Assembly (NCBI GenBank): GCA_048213135.1 | Contig: PS015222.1 | Coordinates: forward strand, 62,001 to 95,815 | Source of the DNA: Reclinomonas americana ATCC 50394 | Lineage: Eukaryota | Length of the DNA stretch: 33,815 nucleotides | Direction: 5' to 3' | Part shown: piece by piece, positions 15,388 through 27,452 of the stretch | Layout: each line of letters starts with the position of its first letter | Position numbering within the stretch: position 1 is the stretch's first letter | Made by a program: the position numbers and the translations under genes | The notes under the pieces: model-generated | What the model saw: the letters and a program-made list of their open reading frames with translations, nothing else | The model's database searches: none | Told to the model about the DNA's origin: nothing

Positions 15388-18300
15388 TTATTCAGCGGCC
15401 GGAGTCTCTCTGCCGGTAGCGGTGCAGTCGTCCTCAAAGTGCACCAGAATCTGCTCGAGGGAGGCCAGGCTCTGGATGACGTTGGGATGCAACTCACGCA
15501 CATCCTCGCCACGGTCGTCCGTGCCCATGAAGCCGTCGATGAGTTGCTGCCCGCAGGATTCGAGTTCGCGGAACTCGGCAAGCAGTTTCTCTGCGCGCAC
15601 ATGTTATTTTGAAGTAACAGTGGGTGGGGTGTGAGGAAGCGCACGCAACTCGACTGGGCGGCAGCCGCAATGGCAGCGCACATGTGCTCGACGGCGTCGG
15701 GAATGTTGATCTGGTCATACAGCAGTGGCGTGTCAGTTCATCACTTGTACAGCACAACTTTTCTTTGCGTATCGTGTACCATGGTGCGCAGAGCCTCCTC
15801 CATGACGCGCATACCGCCACACGAGCCGAGAACATCGCGATACAGAGGTGCTGAGTAGGCATGCTCTGTAAGGTAGAGTTCATGCACGTACAAGAAACTC
15901 CATTCCCAACCAACCTTGTGAAGCCACATGTCGGATAACACTTGCTGCAGCCACCACAATCGCACTTCGCTGCTTGTGCACATCAAGCAGGTGCACGACA
16001 GTCTTGATACCGTCTCGCTCACAGAAAATATCAATGTTGGTGCGCTCTGTGCATGACAATGAGTATCACCGAAGCGAATAGTGTGTACACAAACTAGGAA
16101 ACACTGACCCTTCTCTGTCAGGTTTGCCAGAGCGGAGCATGTCATCTCTGCGACTCGATCATCGTGCGCAAAGGCCAGAGCCACACTGAGCAGTGACTCA
16201 ATGGCGTGGCATGCGCCAAATCGCCATCGATTCTCCGCCACTGCGTGAGAGACACACACTTGTGAGACTCTCGCCATGATCACGCCTTCTCGGTCGGCCG
16301 ACGAACCGTGTGTCAAGTTGGCCAGCACACGGCAGCATGCATGCACAATGCCCACGTGGGACATGTCGCGGGTGAGAATTTCCACCATGAGAGGGACGGC
16401 ACCGAGCAGACCAGCGCTGTGCTGATTGCGATCGACTGCGGGCACAGTTCTTTTAGGAAACAGCTGCAAAGATTTGAGTGTCGAGCACACACGCGCGCGC
16501 ACCTGTACGAGTGCAGTTGGCCAGCGCACGACACGCACTCTCCACCACGTCGAGAGCATCCGACATGCGATACCGTTGGATAAGGAGGACGAGGAGCTCC
16601 ACCTGCGTGATTGCAGTTGGGTGAGCTTTCAGGAAGATCCGTGGAGCACAAGTGTGCGGCTGGTACGCACTCCTCCAAGATTGCCGACGAGTTCCTCGTT
16701 TGTCACGTCTGCCAACACAATGCAAGTCAGTATCATGGAGAAACAGCAATGATAAGAAGCAATCGACAATATCCCACCGTCGGCCAGCACCATGCACATG
16801 GCCCAGCATGCTGTGGAGGCGACGGCGGAGCAAGTGAGTACATACAGCACACAAGCAGTGAGTCTGCTCCATCATACATACCATGAATCAGCACCGACGG
16901 ATGACCATGATTGCTGTGTCGCTGCAGCAAATCAATCAACAGCGCCACTCCTCCGGCCTCGTTCACTCGCTTCCGATTCATGGGATCTGACAGGCGACAC
17001 GCATTCATAAGTACCACTGTCACTGTCGAAGTCTGAGAGATTGAAAAAATAGACGCAACTCCACATGCACACGTTTCCGAGCGCCCAGCACACTTGCGAT
17101 GTGACATTGTCGTTCTCCGATGTCAGATGGGCAGCGAGCACTTGCAGCAGTGCATGCACGCCACCGTGGTCACCAAAGACCACACGATTCTTGGCATCTG
17201 TGAGAGCGTTGGGTAAGCACATGAAACGAGACGTAGAGAAGAATAGAGGGCACACGAAACCATTTGCAGTCGTATTGGTCACACACAAACAGGCTTGCTC
17301 CATCACTTCGGCATCGAACTGATGCTTGCACAACACGGTCACCAGAGCAGGCACTCCGTGATGCTGCCGTAAGTGGAGAGATACGTGAGATGACGCAAAG
17401 TGAGAACTGAGAAATTTGTGGTCTCACAAACCTGTCCAAAGCGACTCTCGTTGTCATCTGTCGTTGCGGCCACTGGTTGAGCATCACAGAACAGACTTGT
17501 GTAAAGACAGGGAGCGTACTAACCATCCTCAATGGCATTGGTGAGTGCCCAACAGCACGCCTTCATCACGGCCGAGTTGGCGAGATGAATCGGGGTCGAC
17601 AGAACGCGCACCAGCAGTCGCACGCCATCGTACTGGCCGAAGGCGTGTTGATTCTCCTCTGCACACACACCCAACCCAAGTGAATCGGTGGAACTCACTC
17701 GGTACAAAAGTGAAACACAAAGCTGCTCACCACTCGTCGTGACATTGGTGATGGCCCAGCAACACTGCTCGACGACGGCATCGGAGCCCACGTAGCGGTC
17801 GAGCACTTGCAACAGATACGAGACGCCATTGGCGTGTCCAAACGCTTTGCGACAGGCCTCTGTGGCATGCGTGAATAGATGCAGTTAACGGACACGCAGA
17901 ATAACTCTTTGAACACACTCACCGCTTGCCGTCACATTGCGAATAGCCTAGATTGCACAAAAGAGTAAGAACAGGAGCGTGGAAGAACAGAAGGCACGCA
18001 TCACTATGCACGCAACCCAGCAGGCCTGCTCCATCACGTGCTCGCTGCCAATGTGCTCCTGCAGCACACCAACCAGCAGCGGAATGCCACCAAACTGTGC
18101 TACCTGCAGCTGGTTCTCCGCCGCTGTGCGTTGCCCGCCCCTTTCTTGTGAGCCACTATCTGCAGCAAAGTGGCAGAAAGCGCGATCTCCTCTACACGTA
18201 CAATTGGCAGTGGCATTCTTGAGCACCCAACACGCCTCCTCCACCATGCTTGCGTCTGCATGGTGATTGCGGAAAACGTCGACAAGGACCTGCAGCCGAC

Positions 18301-20531
18301 GGTGTTAAAATCGCGAGGCGTAGCTGTGTTTCTCCTGCACACAAAAATGTACCTGAATTCCGCCGCAGATCCCAAACAGCCTCTCGTTCTCGTCTGCCCA
18401 TTTCGAAAGAAGTGAGTTGCAACCATCAACATCACATGCATGCGTCACACACCGTTGGCAATCGCGGTGGTTGTGGCCATGCAGAGTTCGCGCAGTACAC
18501 GGGTGTCGCCCATGTGAATGCGGATGGTTTCCACGAGACCGCGCAACCCATTGCTGGCGGCGAACTGGCGACGGTTTTCCTCTGCGCCCGAGAAGCGTGA
18601 GTGAGATGCAGCTCTGCAACAAAGAGAGGCAACATGCCCAGCGCACCCCACTCGGTGACTGTCGCAATCGCTCCTGCCAGTGTCGACACAGCGTAGCCCT
18701 CCTTTGCGTGCAGCTGCAGTGCGCCGGCCAGGGCCTTGGCCACTGCTTGCTCGGCCACAGCGACCTTGCCATCGTCTGTGACGCAGAGAAGGACTCGAAT
18801 GAAATTCATGGATACGTACGTACAACGTGAGCCGAGTGCCTACCGTCGCTAGCCGTCACACGAATGCACTGCGCGGCGTGCGCAATCGTTTCTCGGTCCA
18901 TCGGCAGTCGTTGGAGAAGCGGAAGAATCGCCTGCAGTCCATTGGCCGACAGGAAGAGACTCCTCATCGAAGCTGCACGCGTCGATGAGCATTGTGGCGA
19001 CGACAGCAGAGTGACGATAGTGCGCAACAGTCAGCAGTGACAATGCTCAGCAGACGCAATGCCTCGGTCAGCGTTTCCGATTCGGCGAGGGTGAGAAGCG
19101 CCAGGAGCATGCGGACTCTGCATTGGCGTGTAAGTTGAACGATGCAGAGTCCCACAAGTGTGCGCTGCTACGTGACGCACTTTTGCTCCGCCGCCGGCAT
19201 GACAGCCTCCTTACTCGGATTGTGCACAATTCCTACTCGACGAGCAAGTGAGCCCCATGTGCTGCATGCAATATCGCAGCCGTGAACGTACCTGTCACAG
19301 CCGTGAAGAACATGACACACTGTGCCAACTCCGTGTACATGTCTTGCGACACAAAGGCGGTGGCGTCGGAGACGGTCGCTGTTGTACGCAACGAGAGTGT
19401 GTGAGAAGCAACAAACGAGGAGCTTGTCGGATCCGAGCACTGCTCCACGAAACTCTCCACTGTCTTCTCAACCACGGCTGGCGCTGGTGGATCTGCGCAT
19501 CGCGAGAGAAGTGAGTCACGTGTGTACGCCACGAAGACTCCACGGCAGTGCAGTGCAACGCAACAGAGGCGAATGCTCGGAAACACCTTGCGCATATCTG
19601 CGACCAAGATCGTGAGTGAAAACTGACGGCATGTAGAACGACGGAGCACTGCTGACCTTGCTGCAGAGTGACAGCAAGCTCCATTAGGCACGAGCTCGGA
19701 CGCAGGCCACGCTGTACGAGCATCGATCAACACGGAGCACATTCTTCCTCCCCTGCTTGACACACGGCTGCAAAACAACAACAAACCTCGGCCGAGTAGC
19801 GCGCATACGACTGTTGCATGAGTGCCAGAGCACGCTCGCTGGTCAAGTACACCGCATGGGCCTCCATGGGCCACTCGATCAGATCGAGAATGCCTGTCGA
19901 CGCAGCCACAGGTTAGCACGTGGCCTCGTAGCGTGTCATGAAGTGTGAATGAATCGCAACTCGGATCGAGGCCACCCTCCGTCAGCAACGATCGCCGACG
20001 GTCACGTTCCCTCCGCCAGCACTCCTCCTCCTCCCGGCTGTTCCAGCTGCGGCAGCACATGGGCAGGAGATGCTCGCGGCTGGTGGTCGGCGACAGTCGA
20101 CTTCCGACACGCGTCGGCGTGACGGCTGTCACCAACTTGCCGCCGCAATCGTCGGCACCGTCACAGCTGTCCTCCACCATCAGCGACGCGTGCAGCGCAC
20201 CGAACGAGGCGTTCAGCTTGTCACTGTCGCAGCTCAGCGGGGACGTCGACAAGCGCCCGTTAGGTCCGATGCCGAACACGCTCAGCAGATCCAGTCGCGG
20301 TCGTCGTCGCTCCTGCGTGCTCACCGTCGCTGTGCGTGTGTGTGCGCGCGTGCGCGCGCTGTCAGTTACCGCCCGCCAGCAAGAAGGAAAGAGGAGAAGC
20401 GAGACAACTCCACCTGGGTTGTCCTCGGATGGTGAGTCGCCGCTGCCTTGTTGCAGCGCATTCAGCGTGTTGGGATGCAACATGCTCGAGTCGGTCGGCT
20501 GCACCGTGCGTGAGCTACAGCAGCCGCCCAT
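15388..20531 (-). CDS. Armadillo-repeat protein with an N-terminal myristoylation/palmitoylation motif (Vac8-like N-terminus); many exons
   Basis: Starts MGGCCSS. Repeated ARM units: EEACWVLKNATAN..ENQLQVAQFGGIPLLVGVL, EQCCWAITNVT..ENQHAFGQYDGVRLLVRVL, KACCWALTNA, EQACLCVTNT..KNRVVFGDHGGVHALLQVL, ESACRALANCT and HACCRVLANLT. Confidence 0.82.
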
Positions 20532-20642
20532 TTTGCGTTGACGATCTCTCGAATAAAGCTTGAAAACGGTGGTGCCACGTCATCAATCTCCCGCGCCTTA
20601 GGCCAATCAATCACTCTTCTCAGCGTGTTAAGTGCTGCGGCC
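20532..20642. promoter_or_regulatory. Putative bidirectional promoter between the ARM gene and POLE2
   Basis: 111 nt between divergent ATGs; contains GCCACGTCA (G-box/CRE-like) and CCAAT. Confidence 0.5.
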
Positions 20643-22099
20643 ATGGCGACTGTCACCGCGGCAGACCGCGCAACCATCAAAAAGTTCAGCAGGCTCGGCT
20701 TCTCATTCTGCGATCAGTCGTTTCAGCTGGTGAGTCTCTCGCCCTCCCTCTGTGTGCGTGTGTGCGTGTCTCCCCCTTTCTCTGCACCTCCGTCCCTCTC
20801 CTCCCTCTCCCTCTCCCTCCTCTGTTGCGTGAGAGAGATGGGAAGTGTGTGTGCTCGTGCCGGTGGTTGCGGCGAAGTGGGAGGGGGGTTTGCCATGGCG
20901 CACTGACACCTTTCACGCGTGAAAGGCGCGAGAGTTCCTGGAGCAAGTCGACTCGGCTGATGAGCGCAAGGTGCTGGCGGAGCTGTGCGGTGCACTGACC
21001 AGCTCGCGAGGTACCGTTTTTCTCGTTGCATTCCTTCTCTCCTCATCGTCTGCTGCTCATTCCTCTCGCGTGTCTGGGCAGCTGCACAAGTACTGGATGA
21101 GGCGACTGTGTTGCGTGCAATGGACACTGCGGTGACCAAGTTGCAGCAGCAGCCGCACGGTCGGTTTCGAATGATGCGAATGCCGCGGGCTCGAACCGTG
21201 GATGGGTTTCAGGCGCCAGCTCCGCGTCCTCGCCGACCAGCAGCACCGGCACCTGGAGCACGCACGAATGGTGGTGGTAGTGCGGCAATGGTGGAGGACG
21301 ATGCTGCGTCGATGCTCGAGCCAATGTCACGTTGCGTGGCTCTCTGATGAGCGTGCAGTGGTGGTGGTGCGACGGATCTAACTCTGAATGCATGCACGCA
21401 GCCGTGGTGCTGCCAGAGTACAATGATGGGCTATTGAGTTTGGGTGCCGCCACGCCGCCTCCGTGGACACAGGCGTTGGGATCACAGGTCGGTGTTGGGT
21501 GGCGTCGGTGTTGGTGTTGTAGTCGCTCACAGGCGACCACTGCGTAGAGTGCTGTCACGGCTGGAGGCAAAGCAGCGGCGGTGGCCATGGACGAGGACAG
21601 GATGAGTCTGTCGTCGGCATTGTCGTCGCAGGTGCACGCCGCGGCCACGGAGTTGCGAGCGGCGTACAATGAGCGGTTACGCTCCGAAGCCCTGTATCGC
21701 AAGTCGCTGGTGTGTCTCTGTTCGTGTTTGTGTGTATGCGTATGCGCCATGCTGACAAGTAGCGAATGCAACAGGGGTTGAGTGCGGCAGCCACTCCAGT
21801 GGAAGTGATCTCTGCGTTTGACGTGCCCAAGTACGAATACAATGTGTCGCGGCGGTCATTCCTGGCGTTGCGTGCGGCTGCCGCGACTCTCTATTTCTTT
21901 CGTGCATGGTGCTGACTCGCCACAGTGTGGAGGGACCTCTATCGTTGTTTGGCAATGCCGACGACAAGTCGAGGTGTCTTCGAGAGCGCTACATGGTGGT
22001 GTATCAGCGGCAGTTGCGGCATCCTATGTTTGCCGCAATGCCGATTGTGACACCCAACAGCAAGGCGCGCACGACTGAAGTTGCGCCGCGTTGCTGTTG

Positions 22100-22131
<32 letters not shown>

Positions 22132-24746
22132 TCTCTCTCTCTCTCGCGATATTTGTGTGCTGAGAGTCCTCGTCCAGTTGATGAATGTGGAGAGTCTGTT
22201 GGGTGCCGAGGGCGAGTGTCATGTGGCCGGTGCGTTGTTCATGGGCTCCGACGGCATGTGGTACCTGGAGGACCAGAACGCTCAAGTGCGACTCAACTTT
22301 GACAAGCTGATATCCTTTTGCATTGCCATTTTGTCTCTGTCTGTGTTTGCTGCAATGCATGTGTGTGTGTGTGCCTTGACTCGTGTGCTCACCGATCGCT
22401 GGCCAGCGGACTGTTTACCGAAAGCTCGGTGGTCATTGCGCAGGTGCTGCTGCTTTTGTGTGTCGGCAAGACTTCAAATGACATCCCACTCATTCGTTGC
22501 GGGGAACACAGGGTCAATTCGAGAATGGCGTCTTTGAAGTGAACAGCCTGACGTTGCCGACGANNNNNNNNNNNNNNNNNNNNNNNNNNNNNNNNNNNNN
22601 NNNNNNNNNNNNNNNNNNNNNNNNNNNNNNNNNNNNNNNNNNNNNNNNNNNNNNNNNNNNNNNNNNNNNNNNNNNNNNNNNNNNNNNNNNNNNNNNNNNN
22701 NNNNNNNNNNNNNNNNNNNNNNNNNNNNNNNNNNNNNNNNNNNNNNNNNNNNNNNNNNNNNNNNNNNNNNNNNNNNNNNNNNNNNNNNNNNNNNNNNNNN
22801 NNNNNNNNNNNNNNNNNNNNNNNNNNNNNNNNNNNNNNNNNNNNNTTTCATGCGCGGCAGGTGCTGGACAAGATCAATTTCATTCTGTCGGCATACGACG
22901 AGGACGCAGCCGAGGATATGCCACTGGCCTTTCTGTTCATGGGCAGTTTCCTGTCGTGGCGATTCGGATCGCACTTTGATGATCGGTGTGTGGTGGTTAA
23001 GTTAATGTGTGTTTGTCAGGCGCACTCACCACGCGGTGTAGGGCGGTGTATGAGGCGAATTTCTGCAAACTGCGCGATGTGCTGCTGGCGCACCCGCATG
23101 TGGTGGCCAACACACGCTTCCTCTTTGTGCCTGGCCCCAATGATCCGGCGCCGTCAGCGGCGTTGCCGAGACCTCCAATTGGACGGGTGCGTCGCTCACT
23201 CTTTCCCGTTTCATACAATGCATGGTTGCTGACGAAAGAGGAGACAGACATTCACACGCAAGTTGGTTGACGCTGTTCCGCAATGCGAATTCGTCTCCAA
23301 CCCGTGTCGATTGCGCCTGTTCACGTGCGAGGTGGTGGTCTTCCGCGATGATTTGCAGAGGAAACTGCGTCGGCATGTGGCGCTTCCGCCGTCCACCGAA
23401 GTCGGCATGCCCCAGTCGTTGGATTTGAGTGACCACGTTGCGTCTTGCGTGGTAAACGGCCGCACGAGCTGGCGGTGTCCCCTGACTGGGCCTTTCTTTG
23501 TACAGTTGTACAAGACCATTATTTCACAAGCGCATCTGTGTCCACTTCCGCTCCACATCCAGCCCGTGTACTGGCAGTACGATCACAGCATGCGACTGTA
23601 TCCGCAACCCCACGTTGTTTCGTCTCCCGGCGTCCCGACCGCTCCTGTATTGTGCCAACGATTCTCACTCACAACACGCACCTCGTGCACAGCTGCTGGT
23701 CGGCGACCAAACGCATTCGCAGCCGCAGGTGTACGCCGAGTGCCTCGCCGTGTCGGTCGGCTCGTTTGCCGTGGACCAGAGATTCGGCATCTTCCGGCCC
23801 TTCGACAACCAGTTCGACTTCCAGATGGCGGTGTCGCCCGACGACGAGGCTGCCGCGTCATCGCTACTGTACGCCGAGGAGGAGGTGTTGCCATGTTGCG
23901 TTCTGTTGCTCACATCACTTCCTCTTGTTTATCATGGCTCTCACTGATGTTGGTGTACAGTGACTCCCGGTGGTGTTCCAGGCGATGTGCGGTGGGATGC
24001 TGGTGCGGGTGGTACGTCTGGTTTGAGCAGGGGCTGACGCACGTTCGCGCGAGTTTCTCACGTCGTGTGGTGGCGCATTAGCAGGAGACAAGGAAAAGAG
24101 GTCACGGTCGAGGGCCAACCGAGCGGCAGAGGCACCTGCAGCAGCCAAGCGACAGGCCACACTCGGTTTCCGGCCAGCCGAGCGGGCCGACTCGCCTCCG
24201 CCATCTTCGCTCAGCAGTCAGATGATGACGCCGCAGTCGTCGCCATTCTCCTCGTCGATGCAGAATACGGCGCGCGATCTGGAAGCGCTACGTGATGCCG
24301 ACGAGGAGGATGAAGATGAGGACGAAGACGAGGAAGAGAGACGGCCGAGCGCAGCTCAACAGCGACGCCCGCCAGCTGCACCACCATCCGCAGGGCGGTC
24401 CAGGGCGGTGGCTGCGGGCGGTAGCGGTGGTGGTGGTGGTGGCGATGGAGCGTCAAAGCTCGATGGTTTCGCTTTCCGCCGTCCTGTTGCTGCTGCAAAA
24501 CCAGTGCTGCAAGACGAAGAAGAGGAGGAGGACAAGGAGGGGGAGGAGGAAGAAGAGGAGGCTGAGGAAGCTGAGGAGGAGGAAGATGAGGACGAGGCGG
24601 CGATGGAAATCGATCAGCAGTCCGGTGGCGAGGAGGACGAGGAGGAAGGAGAAGAAGAAGTGGAGGAAGACAGAGAACGAATCAAGCAGGCCGTGGTGGA
24701 GATGGAGGAAGACGAGGCCGAGACCATGATAAGTGATGAGCGGTAG
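20643..24746 (+). CDS. POLE2: DNA polymerase epsilon subunit 2 (Dpb2) with a long acidic C-terminal extension; spans a gap
   Basis: Motifs VISAFDVPKYEY, LRERYMVVYQR, WYLEDQNAQVRLNF, GLFTESSVVIAQGQFENGVF, AFLFMGSF, FLFVPGPNDP..LPRPPI, FVSNPCRLRLFTCEVVVFRDDL and TIISQAHLCPLPLHIQPVYWQYDHSMRLYPQPH. The N-terminal exons resemble the Dpb2 N-terminal helical domain. Confidence 0.92.
22310..22392 (+). other. U12-type (minor spliceosome) AT-AC intron in POLE2
   Basis: 5' end ATATCCTTTT, branch site TGCCTTGAC at 22372-22380, 3' end CAC. Removal restores the frame NFDKL|RSLASGLFTE. Confidence 0.9.
22564..22845. other. Assembly gap within POLE2 (hides coding sequence)
   Basis: Run of N. Confidence 0.99.
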
Positions 24747-24828
24747 AACGGCGCGGGGCGGAGTAAACTATGTCCATGTTTTGCACCGCTTGTCCTTCGC
24801 CCTCTTTGTCATCTTTGTTTGCGCAGAC

Positions 24829-27438
24829 ATGTTCCGTCATCATCACGCCCTCGCCTCGTGTTGCCTCACTCGTCTCACACTTGTGCGCTCAGGTGTGGCA
24901 TCTTCGCCTTGCTCGGGTTGCGACCCGGCACCATGAGCGCCGACGAATTGCGCGCTCTCGCACAACGTCACTCTGCTCTTCAGACGCATCGTGGGCCGGA
25001 TGAACGCGACGCCTATGCCACCGAGCGCTTTGTGCTGGCACACGAGGTCTGGGAGGCATACACTGCGTGTGTGTCATTGCTGACTGCGCGGAATAACTGT
25101 TGCTGTCGACAGCGCTTGTCGATTGTCGACGTGGCCTCGGGTCGGCAGCCACTGTTTGATCGCGAGCGCCGACACTGTGTTGTGCATAACGGAGAGATCT
25201 ACAATCACGTGGCGCTGCGAGACAGGCTGAGCACGCCCCCGGACCTGGTGTTTCGTTCGACGAGTTGTCTCGCACTCGCGAAAAACGCGTCACTTCTCAC
25301 ACACGGAGCCCTCTTCTTTCTGCAGCACGCAGTCTGACAGTGAGATTATCATTCGTTGCGTCACCTCTGTTTTGTACCAGTGATGCTGCCGTGGTGCTGA
25401 TCTGCGTGTGGGTCAGACGCCTACAAGGAATTTGGCGTCGACTGTGTGTCCCTGCTCGATGGCATGTTTGCCTTCGTGTTAGTGGAGGGCGACGATGAGC
25501 GAGTGCTGGCCGCCAGAGGTCGGTACTTTAGGCGACCTGCTGCATGTTTGTTGTCGATGTTTTCACAGGTGTATGCAGATCCGTGTGGCATCAAGCCGCT
25601 GTACATGGGCACGCGAGCCGACGGTTCCATTGCCTTTGCGTCGGAGCTCAAGTCGCTCTGTCAGCTCTGCAACGACACTGGCGACGTGATTGAGGAGTTC
25701 CCGGCGGGCTACTACTACACGCGGGAAGGTGGCTTGGTGCGCTACTTTTCGCCGGTGTGGGACGTCGACGATTATCTGCCGCCCGCCTGGTCCAATGGCG
25801 AGGCCGTGAAGACAGCGCTGGAGAAGGGTAAGTAAGCACGAGATCGTTGCTTGTCACGATGGCTGGGGCGATTGTAGTGACGTGGTGTTGTCGTTCACAG
25901 CGGTGGCGAAGCGACTCATGGCCGACGTGGAGGTCGGCTTGTTCCTGTCTGGCGGTGTCGACTCGTCGATCGTGGGCGCGTTGATGCGCAAGCTCGTCGG
26001 ACCGGACCAGCGCATCAAGTCGTTTGCGGTGGGCATGGCCAACTCACCCGACATTCTGGCAGCGCGCGAGGTCGCCCGCCACTTGCGCACGGATCATTAC
26101 GAGCGTATTTTTACGCCAGAAGAGGTAAAGCAGCAAAGCTCAGTCCGCCATCATTCTTTGTCGGTTTTAACTGGCCATTGCAGGCGTTTGGCATCGTGGA
26201 GCGGTCGGTGTTTCACCTAGAAACGTATGAGCCGGAACTGATTCGTAGCGCCATTCCCAAGTTGTGTCGCTGCGGTTTGCATCCTCTTTTTTCTCCGCAG
26301 TGTGTTGCTGACACTGCATGTGTGCCGACGCAGTTACTTTTTGGCGGAACTGACTGCACGTTTCGTCTTTGCCTTTCAATCTTGTGTTTTGTCGTTTGTC
26401 GAGTGACATGGTTGCTGCGCAGCGCATGTCAAGGTGGTGCTGACGGGCGAGGGCGCCGATGAACTGTTTGCCGGCTACCAGTACTTCCGCGATGCACCCG
26501 ACGCTGGTACGACTGCTTTCCCCTCGTCACATAATGATTCATCGCGGTACTTAGTGCCTCTTGTGCACGCACTAGAGTCACTGCAACGCGAGTGTCGCCG
26601 CATCTTTCATCACCTGAAGAACGTCAACCTGCAGCGCGCTGATCGCATGAGGTTCGTTTACCGAATAGTCACCGGCACCCCTTTGCAGACGGTCTCACTG
26701 CGGTGGCAACAGCATGGCGCACGGCATCGAAGCACGCGTGCCCTTCCTCGATACGACCATGCTGCAAGTGTCGTTCTCGGTGGACCCTGCATTGAAACTG
26801 CACATGGCCGATCGGTGTGAAAAGTGGTTCCTGCGCGACCTGTTCCGCGGTGATGTGCCGGAGACGGTGTTGTGGAGGACCAAGGCGATGCAGTGCGAAG
26901 GTGTCGGCGTGCACTGGGTTACACAGCTGCAGCAGTTCTGCGCCACGGCTGTCGACGATGTAGAGTTCGCGCGTGCCGCCGAACTGTTCCCACTCAACCC
27001 ACCGCAGAGCAAGGAGGAGTTCTTGTACCGGCGGTACTTTGACATGGTACGTGTTCCACGTTTTGTATTTGACTTGCTCCAGTGTGCTGATTTGCATCTG
27101 CTATTGTCTGTGCAGCACTTTGCCGGCATGGTGCGCTGTGCTTTGCGACTTGTGTTCCCCCACGCGCATCTCACCACAGCCTCTCCTGCGCAGGATAAAT
27201 TTGTGCACGTGTGGGAGGGAGGATGTCGGTATGTCGCTCCTCCTCACTCCTTCCCCCCCTCGTCCAGTGACTGACATTGCTCCGCAGAGCCGGTGGTGCG
27301 CCGTGGAAGAGCAGTGCGTACACTCGCGCCGGCCTTACCGATCCGCTGTCGGTCAAGCGCGGACACGGGTTGGCGGCCTTGATCGACGACGACGATGTGG
27401 ATGTCACGAGTGGCAGCAGACAGCATATGCCTGTGTAA
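24829..27438 (+). CDS. ASNS: Glutamine-hydrolysing asparagine synthetase (AsnB-type Ntn amidotransferase); about 15 coding exons
   Basis: Spliced start MCGIF, then HRGPD, LAHERLSIVD..GRQPL, VHNGEIYNH, LDGMFAF, ARDPCGIKPLY, LFLSGGVDSS, KVVLTGEGADELFAGY and RADRMSMAHGIEARVPFLD. Stop TAA at 27436-27438. Confidence 0.93.
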
Positions 27439-27452
27439 AAATCTGTGTTCAC

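Noticed and set aside
25250-25325. Apparent non-canonical TT-AG or GT-CA intron in asparagine synthetase (reading VFR|TQSD)
   Set aside because: A canonical donor at 25250 (GT|GTTTCGT) restores the frame as DLVTQSDSE, so non-canonical ends are not needed.
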